From a virus (Duplodnaviria; Caudoviricetes): DNA of 64,000 bases. Below are positions 1 through 9,824 of the stretch, piece by piece. The stretch covers positions 32,001-96,000 of the IMG/VR virus record IMGVR_UViG_3300020049_006862. One strand, 5' to 3'. How positions within the stretch are numbered: the stretch's first letter is position 1; every line of letters begins with the position of its first letter. The notes under the pieces are model-generated. The model worked only from the letters and a program-made list of their open reading frames with translations. It did not search any database and was not told where the DNA came from. Position numbers and translations under genes: made by a program.

Positions 1-2
1 AA

Positions 3-101
3 CCAACATCTCTTCGCTTCTCAAAGAAGGAGCTTGAGTTGCTGCATCCAGCACCCTCTGATGCGCTGATGGGAAATATCGATTACACAACATTTATGTA
101 A
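3..101 (+). CDS. 3' end of an upstream gene (partial, unknown product)
   Basis: Open frame PTSLRFSKKELELL...DYTTFM ending TAA at 99-101, directly followed by a terminator hairpin. Confidence 0.5.
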   Translation, partial: PTSLRFSKKELELLHPAPSDALMGNIDYTTFM

Positions 102-105
102 CAGC

Positions 106-142
106 AGAAAAGGGAAGGGGGCTAGTCTCTCTTCCCTTTTCT
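106..142 (+). terminator. Rho-independent terminator-like hairpin
   Basis: AGAAAAGGGAAG...CTTCCCTTTTCT inverted repeat with U-tract, between two genes. Confidence 0.7.
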
Positions 143-155
143 AATTTCTACTCCT

Positions 156-1130
156 ATGACTTTCACAGACTTTTATACACCATCAAAACAAGAGATCCTT
201 AACAAAGTAACCGAAGAATCTATCTTCGAACATTTCTTAAACATAGCAGTAGTTCCTGGGCTTATTAATAGCCCATTCAGGCCGGATTCAAATCCATCCT
301 GTTCCTTCTTACGACTTAGAAATGGTGTACTTTGCTTAGTTGATTGAACTAACTATAATTTCATAGACTGCTTCAAAGCAGTGGCTATGAAAAGGAATTG
401 CCATTACAATGAGGCAATAAGAGCTGTCTATGAAGCTATGGATCAGCTACGCCCGACTAAGATTGAATTCACAAATAACTCCGACAATTATTCACTTAAG
501 ATTAAGCTCAAGGAATGGGACGAGGAATCTAAAGCATATTGGCGCAGGTACTATATTAGTGATAATACTCTTACTAAATTTTCGGTATATCCTGTAAGAG
601 GAGCTTCTATGTCTAGACCAGAATATACTAAGTCTTGGAAATGGTCTAAAGAAGAGCCTATGTTTGCCTATCTTAGAATGAATGGCATCAAACTATATCG
701 TCCTCATTCTGATAAAAAAAGTAAGTGGCGTTCGTCTAATTGGGGAGACGCGCTATTTAATTATCACAATCTTCCGCCCAAAGGTGATGTTCTTATTATT
801 ACTTCTTCCGCTAAAGATGCTATGGTTCTAACCGAATGCGGTTTCCATGCTGTAGCCCCTCCTTCTGAGACAGTTAACATTCCAGAAGATATTGTTGCCG
901 AGCTTAAGTCTCGCTTCTCTCATATCTTTATCTTTATGGATACAGATGAAGCTGGCACTAAAGCCAATATTAAGTTATCCAATATTTTTAATTGTTCCTA
1001 TATTATCATACCTAGTAAATACCACAAAAAAGATATTTCTGATTTTATTTATAAACACGGCCCAGTCAAAACCTTTAGATGCCTAAAGCAATGGATGGTC
1101 CGATCAACCACGAAAAATTATGTCTATTAA
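156..1130 (+). CDS. DNA primase (DnaG-like; Zn-finger-like N-terminus plus TOPRIM), 324 aa, one TGA=Trp at 345
   Basis: ORFs 156..347 and 381..1130 join in frame through TGA (LVD-W-TNYNFIDCFKAV). Motifs SPFRPDSNPSCS, LIITSSAKDAM, FMDTDEAG resemble crAss-type primases. Confidence 0.88.
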
Positions 1131-1275
1131 CGAGGAAAGACTTGCTCAGGTTAAGTCTATGATGGAGACTATCCAAAGAGTCATTACAGATCCGGAAATG
1201 CCTGAATTTCTAAGAGAAGATTTGGAACGCCGGGTTGAAAATGCGCGAGATCTTTTAAATGATATAAAACTTTAA
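1120..1275 (+). CDS. Small hypothetical protein (51 aa)
   Basis: MSINEERLAQVKSMME...DIKL* fills the primase-UDG gap with tight spacing. Confidence 0.6.
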   Translation: MSINEERLAQVKSMMETIQRVITDPEMPEFLREDLERRVENARDLLNDIKL

Positions 1276-1277
1276 TT

Positions 1278-1928
1278 ATGCCTACTAATTGGTCTTTAAT
1301 CGAAGGTCTTAAACCTGCTTGGGATTGTTTTATAACGAAAATATATCCTGAATTCATACAAATGGATGCTCAGAAAATGTGCCCACCACCTCAGAAAGTA
1401 CTTAGAGCATTGCAGGAAACTGATATGGAGCAGATAAAAGTGGTAGTTTTGGGAATGGACCCTTATCATAACGGAGCTGCAACCGGGCTCTGCTTTCATG
1501 TAGAGGAAGGTGCTAAAATTCCTGGATCATTAAGAAATATTCAGAGTAAAATATACGAAGAGACTGGGCAAAAAGGAGATTTAGCTTCGTGGCCAGGGCA
1601 AAATGTGTTAATGTTAAATACGGCCCTTACTACTCAAAGAGGTGTGGCAGGAGCAAACATGAAATTATGGGAACCTTTTACTGAAGAAGTACTGAGGTAT
1701 TTGGATACACAAGACGATATCGTATGGCTTCTTTGGGGAGCTAACGCAAGAGACATAGTGAAGAGGATTATCAAGAATCCGACTCACCGATTTATCATTT
1801 CATCACATCCTTCTCCACTGAGTTATCATAAGCCTCTTGGGAAATATCCTGCTTTTAAGGATAGCGTTCCCTTTGGAAAGGCGAATAAGATCTTGGCGGA
1901 AAAAGGTAAAACACCTATACAGTGGTAG
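1278..1928 (+). CDS. ung: Uracil-DNA glycosylase, family 1
   Basis: Motifs KVVVLGMDPYH, ATGLCF, SLRNI, VLMLNTALT, LLWG, SHPSPLS. Confidence 0.95.
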   Translation: MPTNWSLIEGLKPAWDCFITKIYPEFIQMDAQKMCPPPQKVLRALQETDMEQIKVVVLGMDPYHNGAATGLCFHVEEGAKIPGSLRNIQSKIYEETGQKGDLASWPGQNVLMLNTALTTQRGVAGANMKLWEPFTEEVLRYLDTQDDIVWLLWGANARDIVKRIIKNPTHRFIISSHPSPLSYHKPLGKYPAFKDSVPFGKANKILAEKGKTPIQW

Positions 1929-2419
1929 CACTAGAACTTTCCCAACTTGCTAAACCGCTATTGTTTGACTATGAAAATATCAAGTCAACGGTTTGCGTGT
2001 TTGCGAACACTATCCTATTACACGGAGAAATGAAGAAAGGTGGAAGCCTTTACGAAGAGCTGTCCATTGGATATTTCTGTGACATTAACCAGAACATTGT
2101 TGTGGAGGGCTTGAAAACATCGAAAGATGGATTAAGCGCTTTTTACAACCCTGAGTCGGGGGCTTACGGAATTTGCCAGATTGCGCAGCGTAAGACTGAA
2201 GATCTCTACACTTGGATCGAGTTTCATGCCAAATTAGTAGAAAAATTCAAAGACAAAAACGTTGTTTTGTTTCCGATTAAAATTGACGATGAAACACATT
2301 TCGCAACTACTTTTGTTAACATCGTGGATAATTTTGAAGATTCTTTAATAATCCAAGAACTCGCAAAAGACTTCCCTGATAAGGAAACTATAACTAATCT
2401 CTTCACACTAAAATACTAA
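1922..2419 (+). CDS. Hypothetical protein, possible degenerate gamma-glutamylcyclotransferase (AIG2/GGCT-like)
   Basis: ILLHGEMKKGGSLYEEL resembles the GGCT N-terminal motif (hFVYGTLxxG..nh.lL). Lies next to ATP-grasp, GATase and amidoligase-like genes. Confidence 0.4.
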   Translation: MVALELSQLAKPLLFDYENIKSTVCVFANTILLHGEMKKGGSLYEELSIGYFCDINQNIVVEGLKTSKDGLSAFYNPESGAYGICQIAQRKTEDLYTWIEFHAKLVEKFKDKNVVLFPIKIDDETHFATTFVNIVDNFEDSLIIQELAKDFPDKETITNLFTLKY

Positions 2420-2421
2420 TT

Positions 2422-3228
2422 ATGCTTCTCGCACGAACTTCAGAGCACCAGCGGCATTTTGCCAAAAGATTGAATTCCGGAAAAATTACTGTGAATTTTG
2501 GCTCACCAAAAGTGATCAAAGGACCAGTATTGAATAAGACAGAAAACGTAGTGGCCGCCTTTGATCGGAACAAAGCGAACTTTCTTTTGAATTCCTATGG
2601 AATCAATGTTCCTAAAAGCATTAGGGCACAAGATTTGTTTAACAATGATCAATTGGATTTAAGCCGCTTACAAGTCCGCGGCTTTACATACCCAATCATT
2701 GCCAAAAGAAATGGGCTTTGTACTCACAGAGTCTCGATTCTGAGTAGCATAGACGAATTGATGCGAATTTGCCTTAGTGACAACGTTAAGGAAATCAGCT
2801 TGGAGCAGTACATTCGAAATTGCCAAAGTTATCGGATTTACACGATACCCGCTTTGAGCGGTAAGAGTGTGGATTATACTATCAACGGCCACCCATATCA
2901 AGATTCTTTGGGAATCCCGTTCGCTGTGAAACGTAATTTGGAATTGGCGGAAAACAGCAACATGTATAAAACTAAGAGTTATGAAGTGAACGATGCTCTA
3001 AGCATTGAAAGTATGCCGATAAGCTGGTTGTTGATGCTGCGGAGCGCGGTGAAGGCTACGAGAGTGCTGGGTTTGGATTTTGCTTCAGTTGACATGTTGT
3101 ACAATCCGTATTCTACGGAATACTTTGTAGTTGGAGTTGATCCAGATTGTCCATTTACCTCAAGCAAGGAGATCAACGATCAAATCGCTGAAGCCCTTGT
3201 TCAGGGAATCAAACTCATCCTGCCATGA
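2422..3228 (+). CDS. ATP-grasp (RimK-like) fold protein with degenerate active site
   Basis: GINVPK, YPIIAKR, EQYI..YRI and LGLDFASVD motifs present; expected ExN motif replaced by GVD. Ends at TGA in an ATGA overlap (3258 if read through). Confidence 0.7.
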   Translation: MLLARTSEHQRHFAKRLNSGKITVNFGSPKVIKGPVLNKTENVVAAFDRNKANFLLNSYGINVPKSIRAQDLFNNDQLDLSRLQVRGFTYPIIAKRNGLCTHRVSILSSIDELMRICLSDNVKEISLEQYIRNCQSYRIYTIPALSGKSVDYTINGHPYQDSLGIPFAVKRNLELAENSNMYKTKSYEVNDALSIESMPISWLLMLRSAVKATRVLGLDFASVDMLYNPYSTEYFVVGVDPDCPFTSSKEINDQIAEALVQGIKLILP

Positions 3229-4532
3229 TTACCGTATCGAAACATCAGAGTTCTCTAAAGGAGTCGAAGCTGTTTGAAAGGCTTGATCATTATATGCGAA
3301 AATTGGAAAATGATCCTTCTAATTTTTTAGAAAGAAGTCTGGCCAGTAAAAGAGCTGGAGGGAATCTGAAAATTATAAGAGAAAAAGCTTTTGAAACTCT
3401 TTTAGGCATTTTCGAAAGGGATGATATTTTCAAGCAGGTTACATGGGCAACTGAAGATGAGGCTAACTTAATCATTAGGACCAATATTCACAGAACATTA
3501 GGAGCCAGTATGGATGATAACATGCAGCCTTTTGAAGATTCAGGAATACTGTTTTATCAAGATGGTGTTGTAACGAACTACGCTGAACTCGCTAAGACTT
3601 ACGACATTCCGTATATACCAGGAAGACACTCAGATGCTTATGTTGTGTCTCAACTTTTCTTTAAGTTCGGTGAAGAAATTTTCCAATACTTAGAAGGAGA
3701 GTATGCTTTTGTTTGGACAGTTGAAGATGAGATCTTTACTTACAGTAACATCCCATTCTATATCTACCGGAACAATGAAGAATTCCACCTGACAACTTCT
3801 GTCGTAGTTAGTAATTTTCTACGGACTCTGATTCAATCCTTTCCTGAAGAAGAGCAGCTGAATTATGAAGTAATTGATGAGAAAGAACCGCTTATATGGA
3901 TACATACCGAACATAATGCTCAACCGGAATTAAGTCGCACCTACCCTAACACTTTTAATTTTCATTACTCAGGAATAGGAAATAGATTGTTAGACATTGA
4001 TTTCAAGGAGAACTTGACAATGAATGAACAAGGAGCTATAGTACCTGCGGTAGATAGCTTACCTGTTGTGTTGGAGAAAGGAAAGCTCATGTTTTGGAAT
4101 AAAGATAGATGGGTAGATTTATACACGTACATTACAGTATGTACGGACGAACCTGTCATTTATCCCCTTTATTCCGGGGCGAAATACGAAGTGAGTATTA
4201 CTAGGACTACGTTGAAAAAAATAGAAGCTTCCAACAATTGGGAACGAGCTTTATTTAATAAACTAAGCTTTGATCAATACCGGAAGTATTTTAAAGTGCC
4301 AGAAGTATTGCCTACCTATGTACATCCAGCAGAAGATGAAAAAGAATCATTGTTTGTACTTCTCATAAGAGCGCTTGCTAACTGTCCTCGTTACGAGGAT
4401 TCGTTTCAGCAAGGTATAGCTATCTTAGGAGTCGTGTTCAAAACGATGATGGAAAATCATGAAGATAAATCTGCTCGCCGAATCTACAAGGTACTAAAGA
4501 GATTACATGACTACATAAAAGACAAGCAGTGA
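3225..4532 (+). CDS. Class II glutamine amidotransferase-like protein, apparently inactive
   Basis: NMQPF...FYQDGVVTNYAEL...HSDA...LEGEYAFVW parallels the GATase-II pattern NAHPF...HNGxIxN..EL...DSE...GxYA; no N-terminal Cys. Ends at TGA in a TGATG overlap. Confidence 0.6.
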   Translation: MITVSKHQSSLKESKLFERLDHYMRKLENDPSNFLERSLASKRAGGNLKIIREKAFETLLGIFERDDIFKQVTWATEDEANLIIRTNIHRTLGASMDDNMQPFEDSGILFYQDGVVTNYAELAKTYDIPYIPGRHSDAYVVSQLFFKFGEEIFQYLEGEYAFVWTVEDEIFTYSNIPFYIYRNNEEFHLTTSVVVSNFLRTLIQSFPEEEQLNYEVIDEKEPLIWIHTEHNAQPELSRTYPNTFNFHYSGIGNRLLDIDFKENLTMNEQGAIVPAVDSLPVVLEKGKLMFWNKDRWVDLYTYITVCTDEPVIYPLYSGAKYEVSITRTTLKKIEASNNWERALFNKLSFDQYRKYFKVPEVLPTYVHPAEDEKESLFVLLIRALANCPRYEDSFQQGIAILGVVFKTMMENHEDKSARRIYKVLKRLHDYIKDKQ

Positions 4533-5635
4533 TGGAAACCTACAGAGACATAACTTGCAAACTCAGATCAACAACACCGTTTACCGTTAGCGGTAAAACC
4601 ATTACAGGCAGAGAGGGGAAGTTTGAATTCGACCCTTTGAAAGATGCAATGGTGAATGGTGTCTACGTAAAAGGTGTTACTCTCGAGCTACTTGAGGATA
4701 AGCCTTGGAACCACAATGTATATATGTATGCTGATCCAAAACTACATTTAAATATTGATCAGGATACAATTGACCGAAATAAGATGTTCTACTCCAGCCA
4801 GATTACTGGAAATCCTAAGTTTGTATACGATAAGCCTTACGTAACTTTGAAAAAAGAGTACGAAGGATTAAAGTATTTGACTGAAAAGATAACAACAATT
4901 TGGAGTAGTGGAGTGAATCAATTGTATCCGAACGAAATTCTGTACCGGTTAGGGGGACACTTAAACATAGACATTACTGGCTATTGCGTGAAAACAAAAG
5001 ATTATTATGATCCTACCATTTTTCAAGCGGTTCATCAGTTGTCTGAATTTATCCAGTCAAAAGGATCTTACCGGAGAAACTTCGTCAAAGTTCAAGGACT
5101 TACTGCCCACGAATTAGTCGCAGTTTACACAACATTTTGGAAAGTGCAGGACGCAATAAGAGAGTTTATTCCTCCTTCACTTTGCGCAAAACGGCAACCT
5201 TTCTTAGGAAACGGTCATGATGATTTAATCTTGAAAAGATGGCGTAAGCTGTCCGCTCTCGATTCTCAGTTTCCGCTCACCATCGACTCAGATGGTGCAG
5301 TGACATTTAGCTCCCACCCCGCAACGCCCTGTTGCTTTAGGACAATCGCCTGGCTAACTATCTGTTTAGCCATTGTCCAATACGCTAAATATCATTCTGA
5401 CGAAATCATCATATCCGTAGCTATGGGGTACAAAACTTCCCTTACTCGCGACATACTGAAGTGGGCCGAACAACAATGCACTACTACTGAAGCTACTGAA
5501 TTGCTTCAGAAGATAACTCGGTATGTTCATAACGAAAGTGACGAGCATATCCGAATATTGACCGAAGTACCTCTTCCACAAAGAATGAGATACTACGAAG
5601 ATAATTATTTTGATAAACCCTATAATGAAATATAA
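4529..5635 (+). CDS. Amidoligase (COOH-NH2 ligase)-like protein with degenerate motifs
   Basis: GGHLNI corresponds to CGxHVH; AVTFSSHPAT..FRTIAWLTICLAIVQYA corresponds to TxEFRxHxxT..KI..W..IC.A.V.YA; gene context agrees. Confidence 0.55.
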   Translation: MMETYRDITCKLRSTTPFTVSGKTITGREGKFEFDPLKDAMVNGVYVKGVTLELLEDKPWNHNVYMYADPKLHLNIDQDTIDRNKMFYSSQITGNPKFVYDKPYVTLKKEYEGLKYLTEKITTIWSSGVNQLYPNEILYRLGGHLNIDITGYCVKTKDYYDPTIFQAVHQLSEFIQSKGSYRRNFVKVQGLTAHELVAVYTTFWKVQDAIREFIPPSLCAKRQPFLGNGHDDLILKRWRKLSALDSQFPLTIDSDGAVTFSSHPATPCCFRTIAWLTICLAIVQYAKYHSDEIIISVAMGYKTSLTRDILKWAEQQCTTTEATELLQKITRYVHNESDEHIRILTEVPLPQRMRYYEDNYFDKPYNEI

Positions 5636-6014
5636 GAATAAAATCAGTGGAGGCTTCAGATCCGGACTTGAAGAATGATGCTCGGAACACCTACACAAAA
5701 ACGATATCAAATTCTGGTATGAGGGTAAAAAGTTTACTCTTGTACCAGGATTTGAATCGACTAGTCCCTCATTTGAAGTAGTCGGAAAAACTAAGAAATA
5801 TAAATCAGTTACTACTAAGATCCGTCCAATAACATATACGCCCGATTTTGTCGGGGATTCTTGAGTAATAGAGACTAAGGGATTTTTAACCCCTGACGCC
5901 AAACTCAAATGGAAGTTATTTAAAAAGTATCTAACTGATAATAAGATATTTTGTCTGTTATTCATGCCTAGAAATAGGAAGCAGATAGAAGATACAATTA
6001 ATACTATATTATGA
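5625..6014 (+). CDS. Endonuclease I-like / PD-(D/E)xK resolvase-type nuclease (missing from ORF track); TGA=Trp at 5676 and 5862
   Basis: FRSGLEE-W-C...YE...ITYTPDFVGDS-W-VIETKGF...LKWKLFKKYL. Third TGA (6012) lies in an ATGA overlap with the next gene; read-through would end at 6068. Confidence 0.85.
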
Positions 6015-7036
6015 AACACTGAGAAGATCCCAAAAGGTCAGAAATCTATTATCAAACTCCTGGAATAAGCAACTCGCTTCTAAAGCTGGTTAGCACTCCT
6101 CTACTTCTTCAACAGAAATTAAAAGGCGAGCATGTACAAGCTGACAAAGAACATTTTAGAGTAGGAAAGGCTATCGACTGTTTACTTACATCACCAGAAC
6201 TCTGAGAAGCAGAGTTTGATGTAGTATCAGCTGAACGTCCTTCCGGTCTCTTAGGCCTCTTTGCAGATAACTTGCCAGAAGGTCTAACACCTCTCTCCTC
6301 GCTCGAGCTATACGAAGAAGCATACAATGCTTCGGGCTTCAAGCTTCCACTAGAAAGAGTAGTTAACATCTTCTGATCTAAAGGTGATAATGTATTTTAC
6401 TATGAGAAAAAATACGAAAAATCAAACAAAACCATCTTATCACGAGGTGAGATGGAGAAGGTCGAACTTGCAGTAGATCAGCTAAAGAAGGCTGATTATA
6501 CACACAAGTATTTTTGGCCTGCTGATAACACACGATTGATTACTCAAGTACCCATATACTTTAAGTACAAAGATTTAGATTGTAAAGGCCTTCTTGATGG
6601 CATCGTTATTGATGACGAAAAGAAAACTATACTTCCGTATGATTTGAAATCGTCTTCTTGGGGAATTAGAAACTTCCCTCTCGTTTATAAAAGATTTAAA
6701 TACTATAGACAAGCAGCGTTTTATCAACACGCTGTTCTTAATCATTTTATTCCAGAAGAAAATTTACAAGGTTACGAACTATTACCATTCACTTTTATAG
6801 TGACTTCCTCGAAACGAGGAATACCGGAAATGCCTATTATCTATAAAGTAGAATCTCAGGACTTCAGATTTGGTATGCAGGAAATAGATGACGCAATAGA
6901 ACAATATAAGTGGCACGTAGAGAACAACTACTTTGACATGTCTAAGGAGCAGTTTGAAAACAGCTCCGAATATTGGGTTAGTTATTTTTCACCCTCGAAA
7001 GAGGATCAAATCTTTGAAGATGAAACAATCAGTTAA
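6011..7036 (+). CDS. PD-(D/E)xK exonuclease (RecE/ExoVIII-like), 341 aa; TGA=Trp at 6020, 6203, 6374
   Basis: Continuous frame from ATG 6011 (ISNSLLK, FRVGKAIDCLL) into track ORF 6452..7036 (KGLLDGIVID, YDLKS, YYRQAAFY). Confidence 0.85.
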
Positions 7037-7259
7037 TGACAAGATTCTTGAACCAATAGTAACATCTGCTTACTTTGGATTTTTTGCTTTCTGGATCGTG
7101 CGATGCTTTCCAACTAGATGGGATTTCGCCGCAAATCGATATAACGAACATATTGTATGGGGAAGATTTGGAATGGAAGCTTGCGGAATCGCATTCTTAT
7201 GCGTATTTATTTACGTAATAATTACTGTTTTTGAAGAAGCACACAAAAAATACAACTAA
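7020..7259 (+). CDS. Small membrane protein (two predicted TM segments)
   Basis: ATG 7020 in the frame of track ORF 6933..7259; two hydrophobic stretches. Confidence 0.6.
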   Translation: MKQSVNDKILEPIVTSAYFGFFAFWIVRCFPTRWDFAANRYNEHIVWGRFGMEACGIAFLCVFIYVIITVFEEAHKKYN

Positions 7260-7261
7260 CG

Positions 7262-7495
7262 ATGAATGGCTTTAGAACAACCCAGAAAAATTTGTCTCGC
7301 TTCATTAAAGAGCAAGGAGAGTTAATTCTTTGGTCTATGTACTCTTTAGTACCTATAGGCGTCAGTATGGCTATCTGCGACATGCGTGAATTGCATTTTG
7401 GGTGGAGGCTTGCTTTGTGTGCAGGTACATTTTGCTTGGCGATGCGCTTTGGGGCTGGAATTAGATGGATCGTTGTTAACAGAGAACGCGATTAA
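7262..7495 (+). CDS. Small membrane protein (two predicted TM segments)
   Basis: 77-aa ORF with two hydrophobic stretches, followed by a terminator. Confidence 0.6.
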   Translation: MNGFRTTQKNLSRFIKEQGELILWSMYSLVPIGVSMAICDMRELHFGWRLALCAGTFCLAMRFGAGIRWIVVNRERD

Positions 7496-7519
7496 AAATA
7501 TAGTGTAGGTGATGAGAGG

Positions 7520-7552
7520 AGGGGTAGCATCGAAAGGTGTTGCCCCTTTTTT
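7520..7552 (+). terminator. Rho-independent terminator
   Basis: GGGGTAGCATC-GAAA-GGTGTTGCCCC followed by TTTTTT. Confidence 0.85.
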
Positions 7553-7604
7553 ATTTTAGTTAACTTATTCCACTAAAGCTTTTTACTATTAAAAAAGAAT
7601 TATT

Positions 7605-8105
7605 ATGGAAAAAAAGAAATTGAATAAGAGTGCAGCCTTCGTGTTGCCTCGGACTGGTTTGGATTATACCAAGTTGGTAGGGTTGGGAATCGATAATACT
7701 TATTTGTTCTCGACAAATTCAACAGAACCAGAGATGCACGTAGTGGTCAGTTCTACACTGACTCCTGAACAAGATCAATGAATGAAAACTGCTGGAAAGA
7801 ACTATAAAGAAACACGCACTCATCAGGAGAAGCCTGTGTACGTATACTCTTTCACGGAGGAGGACCAAAAGAATATTGTGACTCCGTTTCTCAAAGGAAA
7901 GTATTCAGAAATTGATCGTGACTATGTAAAAACATTTGACCGTTGGCAAGTTGTTGACGGTTTCTACGAACCCTCTAAGACATACATGATCTTTACTAAA
8001 GATACTCGTCTGAAAGAAGATTGGGAACAAAAGATTGGAGTGGAATTCACAGATGAACAAGAGGTATGGTCTCGACCTTTAATCGAGAATGAAACCTTAG
8101 CCTAG
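7605..8105 (+). CDS. Hypothetical phage protein, 166 aa; TGA=Trp at 7779
   Basis: ATG 7605 (MEKKKLNKSAAFVLP...) is in frame with track ORF 7782..8105 across one TGA. Confidence 0.75.
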
Positions 8106-8166
8106 TTTGGAGCCGCCTCATTAGCGGTGATTTCTCTACGGAGGAATCTAAGGAGTATAAAAACAG

Positions 8167-8204
8167 AAGGGGTAGTACCGATTGTATGGTACTACCCCTT
8201 TTTT
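8167..8204 (+). terminator. Rho-independent terminator
   Basis: AAGGGGTAGTACC-loop-GGTACTACCCC followed by TTTTTT. Confidence 0.85.
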
Positions 8205-8237
8205 ATTCTAGTAAATTCACTTATAAATAAATCTATT

Positions 8238-9122
8238 ATGACAAAAACACAGCAAACTTGGAGAATTGTTTCATTGATTTGTGCTTCTAATCGAGAGAAG
8301 AAGCGTCCAGCATTGTTTTGCGAAGCGATATCTTTTTTGGAAGAAGAAGGATATGTGTGGGATCCAAAAAGATCGAAATGGTATACTGAACAGGATCTTT
8401 GCAAAGAAATTGTACGGCTAGTAATGCTTGGACAGGATGATTCAAGGAATAAGATCATTATGGATACCATTGTAAAAGCTTTGGATGAAGCCGAACAAGA
8501 AAGTAAAAATCTGGCGGACGCTATTCGGAGAAATGGTATTCACGTACTGCGACAAGAGCCGTATGCTGATCACGAAATCAACAGAGAACCTGTTGTTGAA
8601 AATCCGCCATACGCTGGGAACGTACTTACTACTGAAAATGTTTGGCCTTCTCTTTATCCGAATGCTCCTGAAGAACCTTACGTAGAGCCAGTTGTGGAAG
8701 AATCACCGGTAGAATACTACGAAGCAGCACAGATAAGTGAAGAACCGTTACAAATTTCGTACAAACCCGAAGAAATTATTGAAGTGGATGCTCGATTATT
8801 TGTTCGCACCAATAATATGTTGGGCGAGTTTTCAAAATGGATTATGTCTGCAGAACGTAACGTTCTTATCAGTAATCACGCATTCCTTCAGTCACAAGGA
8901 TTTCACTACGGAGACTGCGGATGGGAAAAAGTAGAAAAAGGGCCAGACAAAGAAGTCGAATCCCCGGCAGAAGCCTACTACGAGGTAGCAGATTCTGACA
9001 AAGAAATTAAATGGACGTTTGAAAACCGATATTTGAACTCTCAGTACTTGGGCGAACTCGACGGTAAAAGAATTTCACCGGAAGACGAGCTTGATCTGAC
9101 TCAAGAAACATTCACACTTTAA
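8238..9122 (+). CDS. Hypothetical acidic protein
   Basis: Track ORF 8127..9122; start moved to ATG 8238, after the terminator and an AT-rich leader. Confidence 0.7.
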   Translation: MTKTQQTWRIVSLICASNREKKRPALFCEAISFLEEEGYVWDPKRSKWYTEQDLCKEIVRLVMLGQDDSRNKIIMDTIVKALDEAEQESKNLADAIRRNGIHVLRQEPYADHEINREPVVENPPYAGNVLTTENVWPSLYPNAPEEPYVEPVVEESPVEYYEAAQISEEPLQISYKPEEIIEVDARLFVRTNNMLGEFSKWIMSAERNVLISNHAFLQSQGFHYGDCGWEKVEKGPDKEVESPAEAYYEVADSDKEIKWTFENRYLNSQYLGELDGKRISPEDELDLTQETFTL

Positions 9123-9132
9123 AATAAACACA

Positions 9133-9474
9133 ATGGCAATCGAACTTAAAGATTACGACAAACCATTCATCATTGTTCTTCCAGACCCGTTCTCAGAATA
9201 CGGATATTTGGTAGCATCAATCTTATTTCCCGTTGCTTGGGAAGATCCAGACCTGAAACCTGAAGGAGACAAAATTGCTCCTTTGGAAGAATGCGGGCAG
9301 ATTGAATACATGGGAAGAACGGACGAAGAGAACTTTGTACTTTATGCTCTCACTACACTTGATGAAGATCGAATTCCTCAAACCAACACATACGAAACCA
9401 GAGAAGAGGCTTTGGAAGCCGCTACGAACGTTATTCGTAACCTCGGTTACACTGGCGAAATCCTGGAGAAGTAA
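9133..9474 (+). CDS. Hypothetical protein
   Basis: 113-aa ORF with a TAATG overlap to the next gene. Confidence 0.7.
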   Translation: MAIELKDYDKPFIIVLPDPFSEYGYLVASILFPVAWEDPDLKPEGDKIAPLEECGQIEYMGRTDEENFVLYALTTLDEDRIPQTNTYETREEALEAATNVIRNLGYTGEILEK

Positions 9475-9824
9475 TGGACTTGGAAACAGCGTTAGCATCA
9501 ATTAACGATGAGAGTCTCTGGGACCTCGTGGATTACCTCGAATGCCAGACAAAGATAACTACTCCTCCAGCACTACATGCTTTAGTGGAATTAACCTACG
9601 GATGCGAAGAAATGAGCAATGCTTGGGACATTGCTCAGGAAGTTTTTGGAGAGCCGGTAGAAAATTGTAAATTTTGTCCTATTGTCCACCCAATGATAGA
9701 AAGATTAAAACCTGTAGTCATTGAATGGATAAAAACTGTAGACTGGGGATCTGAAAAAGAAGCATTTGAGCAAGAAGACGACGAAGAACGCGAACGAAAC
9801 GCATCGGAGGGCGGAACACAATGA
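9474..9824 (+). CDS. Hypothetical acidic protein (CxxC)
   Basis: 116-aa ORF; ends at TGA in an ATGA overlap (9857 if read through). Confidence 0.65.
   Translation: MDLETALASINDESLWDLVDYLECQTKITTPPALHALVELTYGCEEMSNAWDIAQEVFGEPVENCKFCPIVHPMIERLKPVVIEWIKTVDWGSEKEAFEQEDDEERERNASEGGTQ

Noticed and set aside
5366-6369. Minus-strand ORFs 5366..6019 and 6109..6369
   Set aside because: They are antisense shadows of the recoded + strand nuclease genes, which carry clear motifs.
8106-8160. Two small hairpins (CCGC..GCGG; GATTTCTC-TACG-GAGGAATC) before a terminator, as a possible ncRNA
   Set aside because: Too short, with no tRNA or riboswitch hallmarks; cannot be supported without covariation data.
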